Positions 19,367-28,400 of a stretch of DNA of 32,000 nt are shown piece by piece; within the stretch, counting starts at the first letter, position 1; each line of letters opens with the position of its first letter. The translations under genes and the position numbers were made by a program. The DNA is from Nostoc sp. PCC 7120 = FACHB-418 (GTDB lineage: Bacteria > Cyanobacteriota > Cyanobacteriia > Cyanobacteriales > Nostocaceae). The notes beneath the pieces were generated by a model. That model was not told where the DNA came from. It was given only the letters and a program-made list of their open reading frames with translations, and did not search any database. The stretch lies in NCBI RefSeq assembly GCF_000009705.1, contig NC_003272.1:4590001-4622000 (forward strand), given 5' to 3'.

Positions 19367-19422
19367 TGGTCAGTTGACAGTTAACAGTTGACAGTTAACT
19401 GTCATCAGTCATCAGTCATCAC
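19367..19422. repeat. STRR heptamer arrays (CAGTTGA/CAGTTAA, then GTCATCA)
   Basis: TTGGTCAGTTGACAGTTAACAGTTGACAGTTAACTGTCATCAGTCATCAGTCATCAC, immediately upstream of the Nudix gene. Confidence 0.75.
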
Positions 19423-19457
19423 CTCCCCACTCCCCAATCTCTCCATCACCAAACAAT

Positions 19458-19889
19458 ATGAACACAACCACTACTCCACCACACAAAATTATCGGTGTTG
19501 CTGTCATTTGGAACGACCAGCAGCAAATATTAATTGACCGCCGTCGTCCAGGGGGGGTGATGGGGGGTTTGTGGGAATTTCCTGGCGGGAAAATCGAACC
19601 AGGGGAGACCGTGGAAGAGTGTATTCAACGAGAGATTTATGAAGAGCTAGGGATATTTATTGAAGTGGGTGAATGTCTCATAACTATTGATCACACTTAT
19701 ACTCACTTGCGTGTTACTTTGACAGTGCATCATTGTCGCTTACTGAAAGGTATTCCTCAGCCTCTAGAATGTGACGAAGTTCGCTGGGTAACTGTAGATG
19801 AGCTAGAAGACTTTACATTTCCTGAGGCGAATAGTGAAATTATTGCTGCATTGAAGGGAGTGGGGGAGATGAGGACTGTTGACGGTTGA
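19458..19889 (+). CDS. mutT: Nudix hydrolase, MutT-like (8-oxo-dGTP diphosphatase type)
   Basis: A perfect Nudix box: GGKIEPGETVEECIQREIYEELGI fits GX5EX7REUXEEXGU. Confidence 0.85.
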   Translation: MNTTTTPPHKIIGVAVIWNDQQQILIDRRRPGGVMGGLWEFPGGKIEPGETVEECIQREIYEELGIFIEVGECLITIDHTYTHLRVTLTVHHCRLLKGIPQPLECDEVRWVTVDELEDFTFPEANSEIIAALKGVGEMRTVDG

Positions 19890-19944
19890 CAGTCATCAGT
19901 CAACCGTCAACCGTCAACCGTCAACTGTTAACTGTTAACTGTCC
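19875..19944. repeat. STRR heptamer arrays overlapping the Nudix stop codon
   Basis: ACTGTTGACGGTTGACAGTCATCAGTCAACCGTCAACCGTCAACCGTCAACTGTTAACTGTTAACTGTCC. The TGA stop at 19887-19889 lies inside the array. Confidence 0.75.
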
Positions 19945-20036
19945 AATACCGTAACAATCTATTAACCAAATTCAGTAGAGTACCTGAATTTTCTACAATA
20001 ATCGCAGAGACTTTGGAAAAGAGTGTCAGTAAACCA

Positions 20037-20495
20037 ATGCCTAAAACCGTTGCCGATGTAATGAGTCACAACCCAGTTGTTGTCAAGCCAGAAACGCCGC
20101 TACAAGAAGCTATTAAGATTCTGGCAGAACGACGCATCAGTGGTTTACCTGTTGTGGATAATGACGGTAAATTGTTGGGCATTATCTCAGAGACTGATTT
20201 GATGTGGCAAGAAACTGGTGTGACTCCTCCTGCGTACATCATGTTTTTAGATAGTGTCATCTATTTACAGAATCCTGCTGTTTATGAACGCGATTTGCAT
20301 AAGGCTTTAGGACAGACTGTGGGCGAAGTGATGAGTAAAAATCCTGTTACCGTTTCCCCTGAAAAGTCTGTGAAACAAGCTGCTCAATTGATGCACGATC
20401 GCAACGTTCACCGTCTACCCGTATTAGATGATGCGGGTCAAGTGATTGGTATCCTCACCCGTGGTGATATTATCCGAGCAATGGCTACTAGTTAG
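20037..20495 (+). CDS. CBS domain pair protein
   Basis: Two CBS modules (VADVMSHNPVVV...ISGLPVVD and VGEVMSKNPVTV...VHRLPVLD). The ORF opens at TTG 20013, but ATG 20037 is preferred. Confidence 0.8.
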   Translation: MPKTVADVMSHNPVVVKPETPLQEAIKILAERRISGLPVVDNDGKLLGIISETDLMWQETGVTPPAYIMFLDSVIYLQNPAVYERDLHKALGQTVGEVMSKNPVTVSPEKSVKQAAQLMHDRNVHRLPVLDDAGQVIGILTRGDIIRAMATS

Positions 20496-20579
20496 TCAAC
20501 AGTCAACAGTTTTTTACTTTGGACTATTGACTATAGACTAATGAGTTTTTTAAAACCCTTTGTAAATTAGGATAATTAA

Positions 20580-21242
20580 ATGAGTATTACTCCTGAGTCT
20601 GTAAGAGAAGCACTCAGTTCAGAACATTTGGGCGATCGCCTACGTGCGGTAAATCACATCCGGGAATTAGATAAAGCGATCGCTTTTGAATTAGTACAAA
20701 TTGCTATTACTGATGGTAATTCCCGTGTTAGGTACTCAGCAGTAAGTCAGTTTGATACCCTTGGCACTCAGGATTTAGATTTATCGTTAGATATATTGCG
20801 GGGTTTATTAAGTGATCCGGAAGCTGATGTACAAGCAGCCGCCGCAGATTGTTTAGGTGCGTTGAAATTACACGCTGCTTTTGAAGACCTACAACAGCTT
20901 TATCACAACACTCCTGAATGGTTGGTGCAATTTAGCATTATTGCTGCATTGGGAGAATTGGGAGATCCGCGATCGTTTGAACTACTCAAAGAAGCACTAT
21001 CTTCAGAGGTGGAATTAGTCCAAACTGCTGCTATTAGTTCTCTGGGTGAGTTGGGAGATTTGCAAGCAGTCCCTCTGTTAGTTCCCTACGCCAGCAGTTC
21101 CGATTGGCAAATTCGTTATCGAGTCACACAAGCCTTAGCTCGTTTGGGTGGTGCAGAAGCTAAATCTATTTTAGAGACTTTGGTTAATGATGAAGTAGAG
21201 GCGATCGCTCTGGAAGCTCAACAATCTTTGCAATCAGTTTAA
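20580..21242 (+). CDS. HEAT-repeat protein (PBS-lyase HEAT-like, CpcE/NblB-type fold)
   Basis: Repeated units of the form D..VR..A...LG.LGD: DRLRAVNHI, NSRVRYSAV, DVQAAAADCLGAL, ALGELGDPRS, SLGELGDLQAV, DWQIRYRV. Confidence 0.75.
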   Translation: MSITPESVREALSSEHLGDRLRAVNHIRELDKAIAFELVQIAITDGNSRVRYSAVSQFDTLGTQDLDLSLDILRGLLSDPEADVQAAAADCLGALKLHAAFEDLQQLYHNTPEWLVQFSIIAALGELGDPRSFELLKEALSSEVELVQTAAISSLGELGDLQAVPLLVPYASSSDWQIRYRVTQALARLGGAEAKSILETLVNDEVEAIALEAQQSLQSV

Positions 21243-21337
21243 TGGGCGATTAGCCCTAGACCATTTTTTAGTCAGGATAAAGTGTAGACATCAGCCGCTT
21301 GTAGCCTCATCTTCAACATCCCTGTTAAGGTGACCTG

Positions 21338-21523
21338 AGAACAACCCCTCTCCATAGCGCGGAGCGCTTCTCGTAGAGTACCTCTCCCCGTGTCGGATAC
21401 TGTTGGGGTTAGGTTCCGTCAAACTCACCTTCTGTTAGTGACAAAGGAGAATAAAACCTCCATTTTTCCCTATCCCACCTCTAGGATAAGGAGGCCGGAA
21501 GGTGAGGAGAGATCAGGGTTCTT
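21338..21523. repeat. MITE-like dispersed repeat with imperfect terminal inverted repeats
   Basis: GAGAACAACCCCTCTCC (21338-21354) faces GGAGAGATCAGGGTTCTT (21506-21523). An inner CTCACCTTC/GAAGGTGAG pair is present. It shares the GTTGGGGTTAGGT motif with the repeat at 16599-16720. Confidence 0.4.
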
Positions 21524-21687
21524 AATTGATTACGTAAGCCCTAGACAGAAAAAACCTTTGAAAATCACAGGTTTTTTATTTATTTCAGAAAAATATTACT
21601 CCAGAAGGCATTAAAACCTAGATTATCCGCGTTTGGTGTTATTATATCCCTGAAATATTTTTTAATATTTCTCTTGAATATCGAAAG

Positions 21688-21720
21688 AAAAGACTTGGAT
21701 GGTTTATCCAAGTCTTTTTT
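21688..21720 (+). terminator. Strong rho-independent terminator
   Basis: AGACTTGGA (21691-21699) pairs with TCCAAGTCT (21707-21715) across a 7-nt loop, followed by a T6 run. A weaker hairpin plus T-run lies at about 21550-21580. Confidence 0.65.
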
Positions 21721-22162
21721 GCTGCTAACTAAGTTCCCGTCTACTACTACTCGGCTAAGGTTTCCCTATGTTACAAACAGCTAAAACTTCACGCAGAAAA
21801 AGCTACTTCTCCGTAATAAGTAATTATTCTTTACTTAAAAATATTTATTTTAACTTAATTACATATTTATTCTTAAATTCAGTGTTTGTACTGTAATTTT
21901 ACATTGGGTAAATGCACCCTAGCTAAACACGAATATTTGAAAGCAACATTAAGTTGCACTCTATCTAAATATTGGTTGGGATTGAACTTTTAAATTATTC
22001 ATCAGGGTGTGTTTTACCAAATTGTCTTGACTAGCAAATAAATAACAAATCAAAAAGTTTTTACAACATATCAATTCAATGAAATGTAAGGATGCAATGC
22101 TTTGTGTCCCTACGGAAACTCATGGCGACATTTTTTGAACCAGGTATAATCAGGCATAGCTT

Positions 22163-24652
22163 ATGACTCTTGATAATGCAGGTAACACATTAACTACTGC
22201 TAAAAAACTCTCTGTATCCTCTAATATCCAGACTTTTGCAGACCGAGTGGATTCGACAGATCCTAATGATTTTTATAGTTTCAGTCTGTCCGCTCGTAGT
22301 AGTCTTAATATTGCTGTTGATGGGTTGAGTGCTAATGCAGATTTGCAGTTAATTAGAGATACTAACAGCAATGGTTTAGTTGATAGCGGCGAAGTTATCA
22401 GTGGTTCTAACAAAACTGGCCGCAGCAGTGAATCAATTCGCAGGACACTAGATGCCGGTAATTATTTCATCAGAGTCTATTCCAATACTGGCGATACTAA
22501 CTACAATCTCAAGGTATTTGAAAATTTCGCCCCAACTGCACTAGAGTTTAAGCTGAATGACAGCAGCCTCAAAGCAACAGATACACTCAGCATTAATAGC
22601 GGTTGGGTATCAGATAGCAACGGTGTCAGCGATCTTTCCAAGGTAGATTTCCGTATACAAAGAGCAAACGGAAGTTGGATAGATGTAGCTGATGCTACTA
22701 AATTTACTGTCGATCCTAACAATACAAATAAAGCAAGTTTCAGCCACAATTTGTCTCTCAACAGCTTGAATTTAGCGGCTGGTGCTTATACTCTCCAAGG
22801 TATAGCTTATGACAAGACTGGTGCTACTAGTAATACAGTACGGTTAGGCCTGACAATTGAGAATCCTGAACTCACGTTAACTAATGCGAAAAAAATAACT
22901 TTATCTGCAAAGACCCAGACTTTTGCAGATAGGGTGGATTCAACAAATATCAACGATTTCTACAGTTTCAGTTTGTCTGCTCGTGGTAACTTGAATCTCG
23001 TTGTCGATGGTTTGAGTGCCAATGCAGATGTACAGATTATTAGAGACTCCAACAGCAATGGTTTGTTTGATGGTGGTGAAGTTGTTACTGGTGCTTACAA
23101 AACTGGAAGCGGTAGTGAATCCATTCGCAGAACTCTAGATGCTGGAAATTATTTCATTAGAGTCTATTCACAAAGTGGCAATACTAATTACAATCTCAAG
23201 GTATTTGAGAATTTTGCCCCAACTGCACTAGATTTTAAGCTGAATAACACCAGCCTCAAACCAACAGACACCCTCAGTATCAATAGTGCTTGGGTATCGG
23301 ATAGCAACGGTGCGAGTGACCTTTCCAAAGTAGATTTCCGCATTCAAAGAGCAGACGGAAGTTGGATAAATGTAGCTGATACTACTAAATTTACTCCTGA
23401 TTCTAGCAATGCAAATAAGGCAAGTTTCAGCTACAGTTTGTCTTTAAGCAGTTTGAATCTGGCAGTTGGTACTTATACTCTCCAAGGAATAGCTTACGAC
23501 AAGACCGGTGCTGCTAGTAATACAGTCAACCAGACATTTACAGTAACGACCACACCAACCACAACAACACCAATCACCACAACACCAACGACTGTTCAAG
23601 ATTGGTTCAGCCAAAATCTTCTCGACCAACAACTCATTACATTAACCCGCAACTTAGCATCTGACGGTAACTTAAGCCGCCAGGATATGCTGGATATCTT
23701 CAGAAATGTTCAAGATGATTCTAAGGTTGATGCTAATGAAGTAAAAGACCTCAGAACATTGGTGGGTGCTAGCACTCGTTTTAGTATGCAAGACCCTGTG
23801 AAGTGGCTATCCACACAGGTTGCTAATGGTGCGTTTGTAGATATGGCGGCTAGTAATTTTGAATCTAGTTTAGTTGGTCGCTGGTTCTTAGGTACAATAG
23901 CACCAACACCCGTCTTTAATGGTAAGACTCTCACCTACACCACAGTTACAGGTAATCTTTTCGGTAGCGCTAGCGAAGCGCGAATTGGTGATATTGACCA
24001 AGGAGGGCTAGGTGATTGTGCATTTTTAGCTGCTTTAGGTGCAACTTTTGGTCGTCAGTTTAATGATGCAGGTAACACTTCTAGTTCTGTAATTAACAGT
24101 ATGATTACAGATAATGGTGACAATACATACACCATGCGCTTTTATCAGAATGGTGTAGCAGAATATGTTACTGTTGACCGTCGTATTGCTACCAGCATAT
24201 CTGCTAAAAGAAATGATGGTGTTATTTGGGTTGCTTTAGTTGAAAAAGCTTATGCCCAATGGCGGGAATGGAGAGAAAATACTCCTGGTTATAACCTCAT
24301 TGGTAATGGCGATACCCTTAATCGCCCACTTGGATTTATTACAGGCCAAGCAAGCACATATGTAAGCTCTAGTAGCACTAATCTTTACTCTGCTATTGAG
24401 ACTGCTTTAGCGAACGGTAGAGCTGTAGCCACAGCAAGAATAAGTAGTACTGATAGTCTAGCCATAGGTGGTCATGCCTATTCTGTAACAAATGTTTACA
24501 CAAATAGTAGCGGTGAAAAAAGATTTGTAGTGCGTAACCCCTGGGGTGTTGATGGGCGAAGCGTGCGCGGAGCTAATGACGGATTTATTGACGTATCCTT
24601 AGACGAGTTCAAACAGTCTTTTAATTATGGGGTTAGTATTGTTTCTGCATAA
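22163..24652 (+). CDS. Calpain-like (peptidase C2) cysteine protease with two N-terminal PPC + Ig-like modules
   Basis: Catalytic triad context: QGGLGDCAFLAALGA (Cys codon 24017-24019), GGHAYSV (His codon 24473-24475), VRNPWG. The N-terminus shows the pre-peptidase C-terminal domain signature DPNDFYSFSL...AGNYFIRVY twice. A Thr/Pro linker TTTPTTTTPITTTPTT follows. Confidence 0.85.
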   Translation: MTLDNAGNTLTTAKKLSVSSNIQTFADRVDSTDPNDFYSFSLSARSSLNIAVDGLSANADLQLIRDTNSNGLVDSGEVISGSNKTGRSSESIRRTLDAGNYFIRVYSNTGDTNYNLKVFENFAPTALEFKLNDSSLKATDTLSINSGWVSDSNGVSDLSKVDFRIQRANGSWIDVADATKFTVDPNNTNKASFSHNLSLNSLNLAAGAYTLQGIAYDKTGATSNTVRLGLTIENPELTLTNAKKITLSAKTQTFADRVDSTNINDFYSFSLSARGNLNLVVDGLSANADVQIIRDSNSNGLFDGGEVVTGAYKTGSGSESIRRTLDAGNYFIRVYSQSGNTNYNLKVFENFAPTALDFKLNNTSLKPTDTLSINSAWVSDSNGASDLSKVDFRIQRADGSWINVADTTKFTPDSSNANKASFSYSLSLSSLNLAVGTYTLQGIAYDKTGAASNTVNQTFTVTTTPTTTTPITTTPTTVQDWFSQNLLDQQLITLTRNLASDGNLSRQDMLDIFRNVQDDSKVDANEVKDLRTLVGASTRFSMQDPVKWLSTQVANGAFVDMAASNFESSLVGRWFLGTIAPTPVFNGKTLTYTTVTGNLFGSASEARIGDIDQGGLGDCAFLAALGATFGRQFNDAGNTSSSVINSMITDNGDNTYTMRFYQNGVAEYVTVDRRIATSISAKRNDGVIWVALVEKAYAQWREWRENTPGYNLIGNGDTLNRPLGFITGQASTYVSSSSTNLYSAIETALANGRAVATARISSTDSLAIGGHAYSVTNVYTNSSGEKRFVVRNPWGVDGRSVRGANDGFIDVSLDEFKQSFNYGVSIVSA
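22187..23545 (+). repeat. Internal tandem duplication, about 2 x 687 bp (PPC + Ig-like module)
   Basis: TTAACTACTGCTAAAAAA at 22190 aligns with TTAACTAATGCGAAAAAA at 22877. The two protein modules are roughly four-fifths identical by eye. Confidence 0.85.
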
Positions 24653-25027
24653 CTAGGCTAACCAATCGCGATTTTGATAACTAGCGGACTCTGTTCTGTA
24701 AAAGCTATCCAAAATTACTAAGGTCTAGACAAAACCGGACAATAGGGGTTGTAGTGTTTATTTCCTAACTGACAGTAATCTTAAGACAACTCTTGAGAGG
24801 TTTCTTTACTCCAAGTCTGACACGCTAGAACTTATCTCCTCTTCTCGTTTAGGAATCAAAATTCCATCAAACCATTGATAGATATTTTTAAGCTGCGTTT
24901 AAGTTTTGATCCTCAGTGTAACGATGCACAGGAAAAGACATAGACGCAGTTTTTTCATGATATCTTGTGACCTAGCGCATTGTGCAAATTCCCCGACTTG
25001 GCGTGAGTCGCTTTATGATTTATTAAA

Positions 25028-25222
25028 TTTTATTTACTCGAATAATTAAAGTTTAGATAAAGATTACTTGATTTAATTAAATCGATACTTACAAAAATCT
25101 TTGAATGCTTTAAAGTGGAAATTACTTAACACAATGTTTATTTTTGTACTCAAATACTTGAACTTTAGGTAAAGATTACCTGATTTAGTTAAGTAAATAC
25201 TTGCAAAATTAATTGAATCCTG
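25028..25222. repeat. Two copies of a ~114-bp AT-rich direct repeat
   Basis: GTTTAGATAAAGATTACTTGATTTAATTAAATCGATACTTACAAAAATCTTTGAATGC (25051-25108) matches TTTAGGTAAAGATTACCTGATTTAGTTAAGTAAATACTTGCAAAATTAATTGAATCC (25165-25220). Confidence 0.6.
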
Positions 25223-25248
25223 TAACCTAGAAGTTACACACAAGCTGG

Positions 25249-25266
25249 AATGCTTTTAAAAGCATT
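25249..25266. promoter_or_regulatory. Perfect 18-bp palindrome AATGCTTTTAAAAGCATT, a candidate operator
   Basis: The sequence is its own reverse complement. It lies about 235 bp upstream of the first PEP-CTERM gene. A related ATGGT-N8-ACCAT lies at 27442-27459, upstream of the third paralogue. Confidence 0.3.
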
Positions 25267-25500
25267 TTAACTACACTAATTTTGGCTTAACTCTTAGTCA
25301 GTACATACATAAACATATCTGTACTGAGTTTTACTTTTTGATTGCTGTTTCTGGCGATTAGTGATTCTCTGATTGAATCCTTAAGTTTCAGACGAAAATT
25401 TTCCCTCTTACTACTCAGAGGGCGCAAATTTTCAAAAAAACTTTTCTCATTCAACATAACCAAATTCAAGAGCTACCTGATTATGATACTGAACAGGCAA

Positions 25501-26214
25501 ATGAAATCTTTCGCTATTGGAGCTACGGCAGCCGTTATGGCTGGTATCAGTATGCTCTCTGCTTCTGCTCAAGCTGCGGTTCTAAGCGGTAGAGTATCTC
25601 TCAGCGATTTACTTGCTGGTAATTCCTATGTGTTAGGTGACAAACTATTTGATAATTTCCGTGATTTCGTTCGCATCGCAACAGGTGGGGCGGTTGCTCC
25701 CACTGCGGCTGAAATATTTGTCACGGGAGCTATCAACGGAAGTTCATATGATCTTCTTTTTGAAAGCGACAGATGGAATGTAACCGCAGGTCAATTTATT
25801 GATACTGGTTTTCGATATGACGTTACTGTCACTGACCCAGCACAAGCCATCACTAGTGCTGGTGTATCCATCAAAGATGCGTATACTGTCACTGGTACTG
25901 GCAGAGTCGTTGTAACCGATACTATTAGGCTACTTGATCCATTTGTTGCTGGTAGTGAGAATATACTGGTTCGCTCAGTTTCCGGACGTGACTCTGAGCA
26001 AGTAGCTTTATTACCTCCTCAAACTAAAATATCTGTTGCTAAGGATATTGCTATTGTAGGAGGTACAGGCACTGCAAATCTTGGACGGGTGACTCAATCT
26101 GTTATTCAGAGAACTCCTGAATCCGGAAATCTTCTGGGGCTTTTTGCTGTCAGTGGTATAGGGGTGGCCGTAGTGGGGAAAAAGCTCAAGTTAAAAACTA
26201 CTATTCTGAATTAA
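25501..26214 (+). CDS. PEP-CTERM-type sorting-domain protein (variant PES motif), paralogue 1
   Basis: Signal peptide MKSFAIGATAAVMAGISMLSASAQA. C-terminus TPESGNLLGLFAVSGIGVAVVGKKLKLK (motif, TM helix, basic tail). The ORF opens at TTG 25342, but ATG 25501 fits the signal peptide. Confidence 0.75.
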   Translation: MKSFAIGATAAVMAGISMLSASAQAAVLSGRVSLSDLLAGNSYVLGDKLFDNFRDFVRIATGGAVAPTAAEIFVTGAINGSSYDLLFESDRWNVTAGQFIDTGFRYDVTVTDPAQAITSAGVSIKDAYTVTGTGRVVVTDTIRLLDPFVAGSENILVRSVSGRDSEQVALLPPQTKISVAKDIAIVGGTGTANLGRVTQSVIQRTPESGNLLGLFAVSGIGVAVVGKKLKLKTTILN

Positions 26215-26371
26215 ACAGTAGAAAGTAGCGTTATTACGTTGAGTTTTCCATTGGGATACGTATAAAAATAACGTAATGATTGGTGAACATTCTTCCTTTG
26301 AAATTAGGAAAAGCAAATTTTTACCGAAATATCCCCCCGTGTACACAACCAAAACCAAAAGTAGCCGAATT

Positions 26372-27124
26372 ATGAAATTCAACAGTCAAATTAAATCCCT
26401 AACATTGGGAGCAACTGCAACAGTTATTACCGCTCTCGGTATGCTTTCCGGATCTGTTCAAGCTGCGATTTTAAGTGGGACAGTCTCTCTGGCTGATTTA
26501 TTCGTTGCAGGTAATATTTATAGAATAGGTGACAAAGATTTCACCAACTTCCGGGATTTTCTCAGTAACTCAACTGGTGGTGCTGATACTATTAGTATTG
26601 GTGACATTTTCGTCACAGGAGTGCAAGATGATCCATTAAATTACAGACTAATTTTTCAGTCTGGCTTGTTGGATGTTGTAGGAAACCAGACGATCAGCGC
26701 CAGTTTTGCGTATGATGTTACAGCGACTAATCCTACCTTGCAAATTGCTGGTGCTGGCATAGAACTCACTGGTGCTGCCGCACGTCCTCCTGGAAGTATA
26801 GTAGTTACAGATACATTTACTCTTCCCGATAGTACAACTCGGACTGCAAGTGATACGATTGGTACTCCCAACCTGAACCCTACTTCGGTAGCTTTTGGTG
26901 TGCCAGGTCTTACTACTCTATCAGTTCGTAAGGATCTTGTGTTGAGTGGGAATGGCACATCTGGAGAAGCAAGTATCTCATTTTTAGATCAAACTGTCTT
27001 TCAAAGTATTCGTCAACAACAAGTTCCTGAATCTGGTTCTGTCTTGGGTGTTCTTGCTCTAGGCGGTGTAGGCTTGACACTAGCAGGTAAAAAACTAAAG
27101 TCAAGAGCTACCAATGTCGGCTAA
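26372..27124 (+). CDS. PEP-CTERM-type sorting-domain protein (variant PES motif), paralogue 2
   Basis: Signal peptide MKFNSQIKSLTLGATATVITALGMLSGSVQA. C-terminus VPESGSVLGVLALGGVGLTLAGKKLKS. The start is placed by alignment with paralogue 3. Confidence 0.8.
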   Translation: MKFNSQIKSLTLGATATVITALGMLSGSVQAAILSGTVSLADLFVAGNIYRIGDKDFTNFRDFLSNSTGGADTISIGDIFVTGVQDDPLNYRLIFQSGLLDVVGNQTISASFAYDVTATNPTLQIAGAGIELTGAAARPPGSIVVTDTFTLPDSTTRTASDTIGTPNLNPTSVAFGVPGLTTLSVRKDLVLSGNGTSGEASISFLDQTVFQSIRQQQVPESGSVLGVLALGGVGLTLAGKKLKSRATNVG

Positions 27125-27233
27125 ACACTGGTAACTGTCTTGAGCCTTAATTGCTGGGTATCTTAAAAGTAGATAATAAAGTCTACCCATCAATATTTTA
27201 TATCCTAGCCAAAATTGCTCAAAATCACTACTG

Positions 27234-27264
27234 AAAAGTCCTGAATTGAACTCAGGACTTTTTT
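27234..27264 (+). terminator. Rho-independent terminator after paralogue 2
   Basis: AAAAGTCCTGA (27234-27244) pairs with TCAGGACTTTT (27252-27262) across a 7-nt loop, followed by a T-run. Confidence 0.8.
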
Positions 27265-27594
27265 GTTATTTATTGTTTGTGTTTCAAAGTACAAAGAAAA
27301 AAGAAAAATATTAATGTGAAAATGTAAAATTTAGACGCACGTCAGATAAAGTCCTAAATTTACTTAAAAGTACTTTGGTGTAGAAAAACTTAAGTTTTTT
27401 AAAAAAGCCAGAGTTCTGAATTTTTATTGTTCTGAACTGTAATGGTTTTAAAATACCATCAATTAAGTGATTAATCAGGATATGTGCAAAAAACTATTGT
27501 GAATGAAGCAAATTCTTCCCTTGAAATAAGGAAGAGACAGTTTTCATCATAAAATTTCCTGGCGTACATAACTAAAATCAAAAGTAGCCGAATT

Positions 27595-28365
27595 ATGAAA
27601 TTCAACAGTCAAATCAAATCCATGACATTGGGCGCGACTGCAACAGTTATTACTAGTCTCGGTATGCTTTCCGGATCTGTTCAAGCTGCGATTTTAAGTG
27701 GGACAGTCTCTCTGGCTGATTTATTCGTTGCAGGTAATATTTATAGAATAGGTGACAAAGATTTCACTAACTTCCGGAATTTTCTCAGTAACTCAACTGG
27801 TGGTGCTGATACTATTAGTATTGGTGACATTTTCGTCACAGGAGTGCAAGATGATCCATTAAGTTACAGACTAATTTTTCAGTCTGGCTTGTTGGATGTT
27901 GTAGGAAACCAGACGATCAGCGCCAGCTTTGCGTATGATGTTACAGCGACTAATCCTACCTTGCAAATTGCTGGTGCTGGCATAGAACTCACTGGTGCTG
28001 CCGCACGTCCTCCTGGAAGTATAGTAGTTACAGATACATTTACTCTTCCCGATAGTACAACTCGGACTGCAAGTGATACGATTGGTACTCCCAACCTGAA
28101 CCCTACTTCGGTAGCTTTTGGTGTGCCAGGTCTTACTACTCTATCAGTTCGTAAGGATCTTGTGTTGAGTGGGAATGACACATCTGGAGAAGCAAGTATC
28201 TCATTTTTAGATCAAACCACTTTCTACGGTTTATGTGGCAGTGGATGTATATCGATTCCCGAACCGAGTCAAGTTCCGGGGCTTGTTACTTTGGGCGGTT
28301 TGGGACTGATGGTAATAGGGAAAAAGCTGAAATTAAAAATTACCAATGTGAATGAAATAAAATAA
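27595..28365 (+). CDS. PEP-CTERM sorting-domain protein (canonical PEP motif), paralogue 3
   Basis: The N-terminal 207 aa are nearly identical to paralogue 2. The C-terminus CGSGCISIPEPSQVPGLVTLGGLGLMVIGKKLKLK carries a canonical PEP, TM helix and basic cluster. Confidence 0.85.
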   Translation: MKFNSQIKSMTLGATATVITSLGMLSGSVQAAILSGTVSLADLFVAGNIYRIGDKDFTNFRNFLSNSTGGADTISIGDIFVTGVQDDPLSYRLIFQSGLLDVVGNQTISASFAYDVTATNPTLQIAGAGIELTGAAARPPGSIVVTDTFTLPDSTTRTASDTIGTPNLNPTSVAFGVPGLTTLSVRKDLVLSGNDTSGEASISFLDQTTFYGLCGSGCISIPEPSQVPGLVTLGGLGLMVIGKKLKLKITNVNEIK

Positions 28366-28400
28366 TTTGTAATTAAAAGATCTTGATTTTCAGACATACC

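Noticed and set aside
21390-21614. 74-aa ORF in the spacer after the HEAT-repeat gene
   Set aside because: It is built from the GC-rich dispersed repeat and runs through a terminator hairpin. It has no RBS and the peptide is implausible.
1549-25500. A scan of the long spacers (1549-2102, 3087-3740, 11359-12025, 12581-13256, 16572-17437, 21243-22162, 24653-25500) for tRNA, tmRNA or rRNA
   Set aside because: I saw no GTTCRAATC-type T-loop with matching acceptor stems and no rRNA-like conserved blocks. This was a by-eye scan only, so tRNAscan-SE or Infernal should confirm it.
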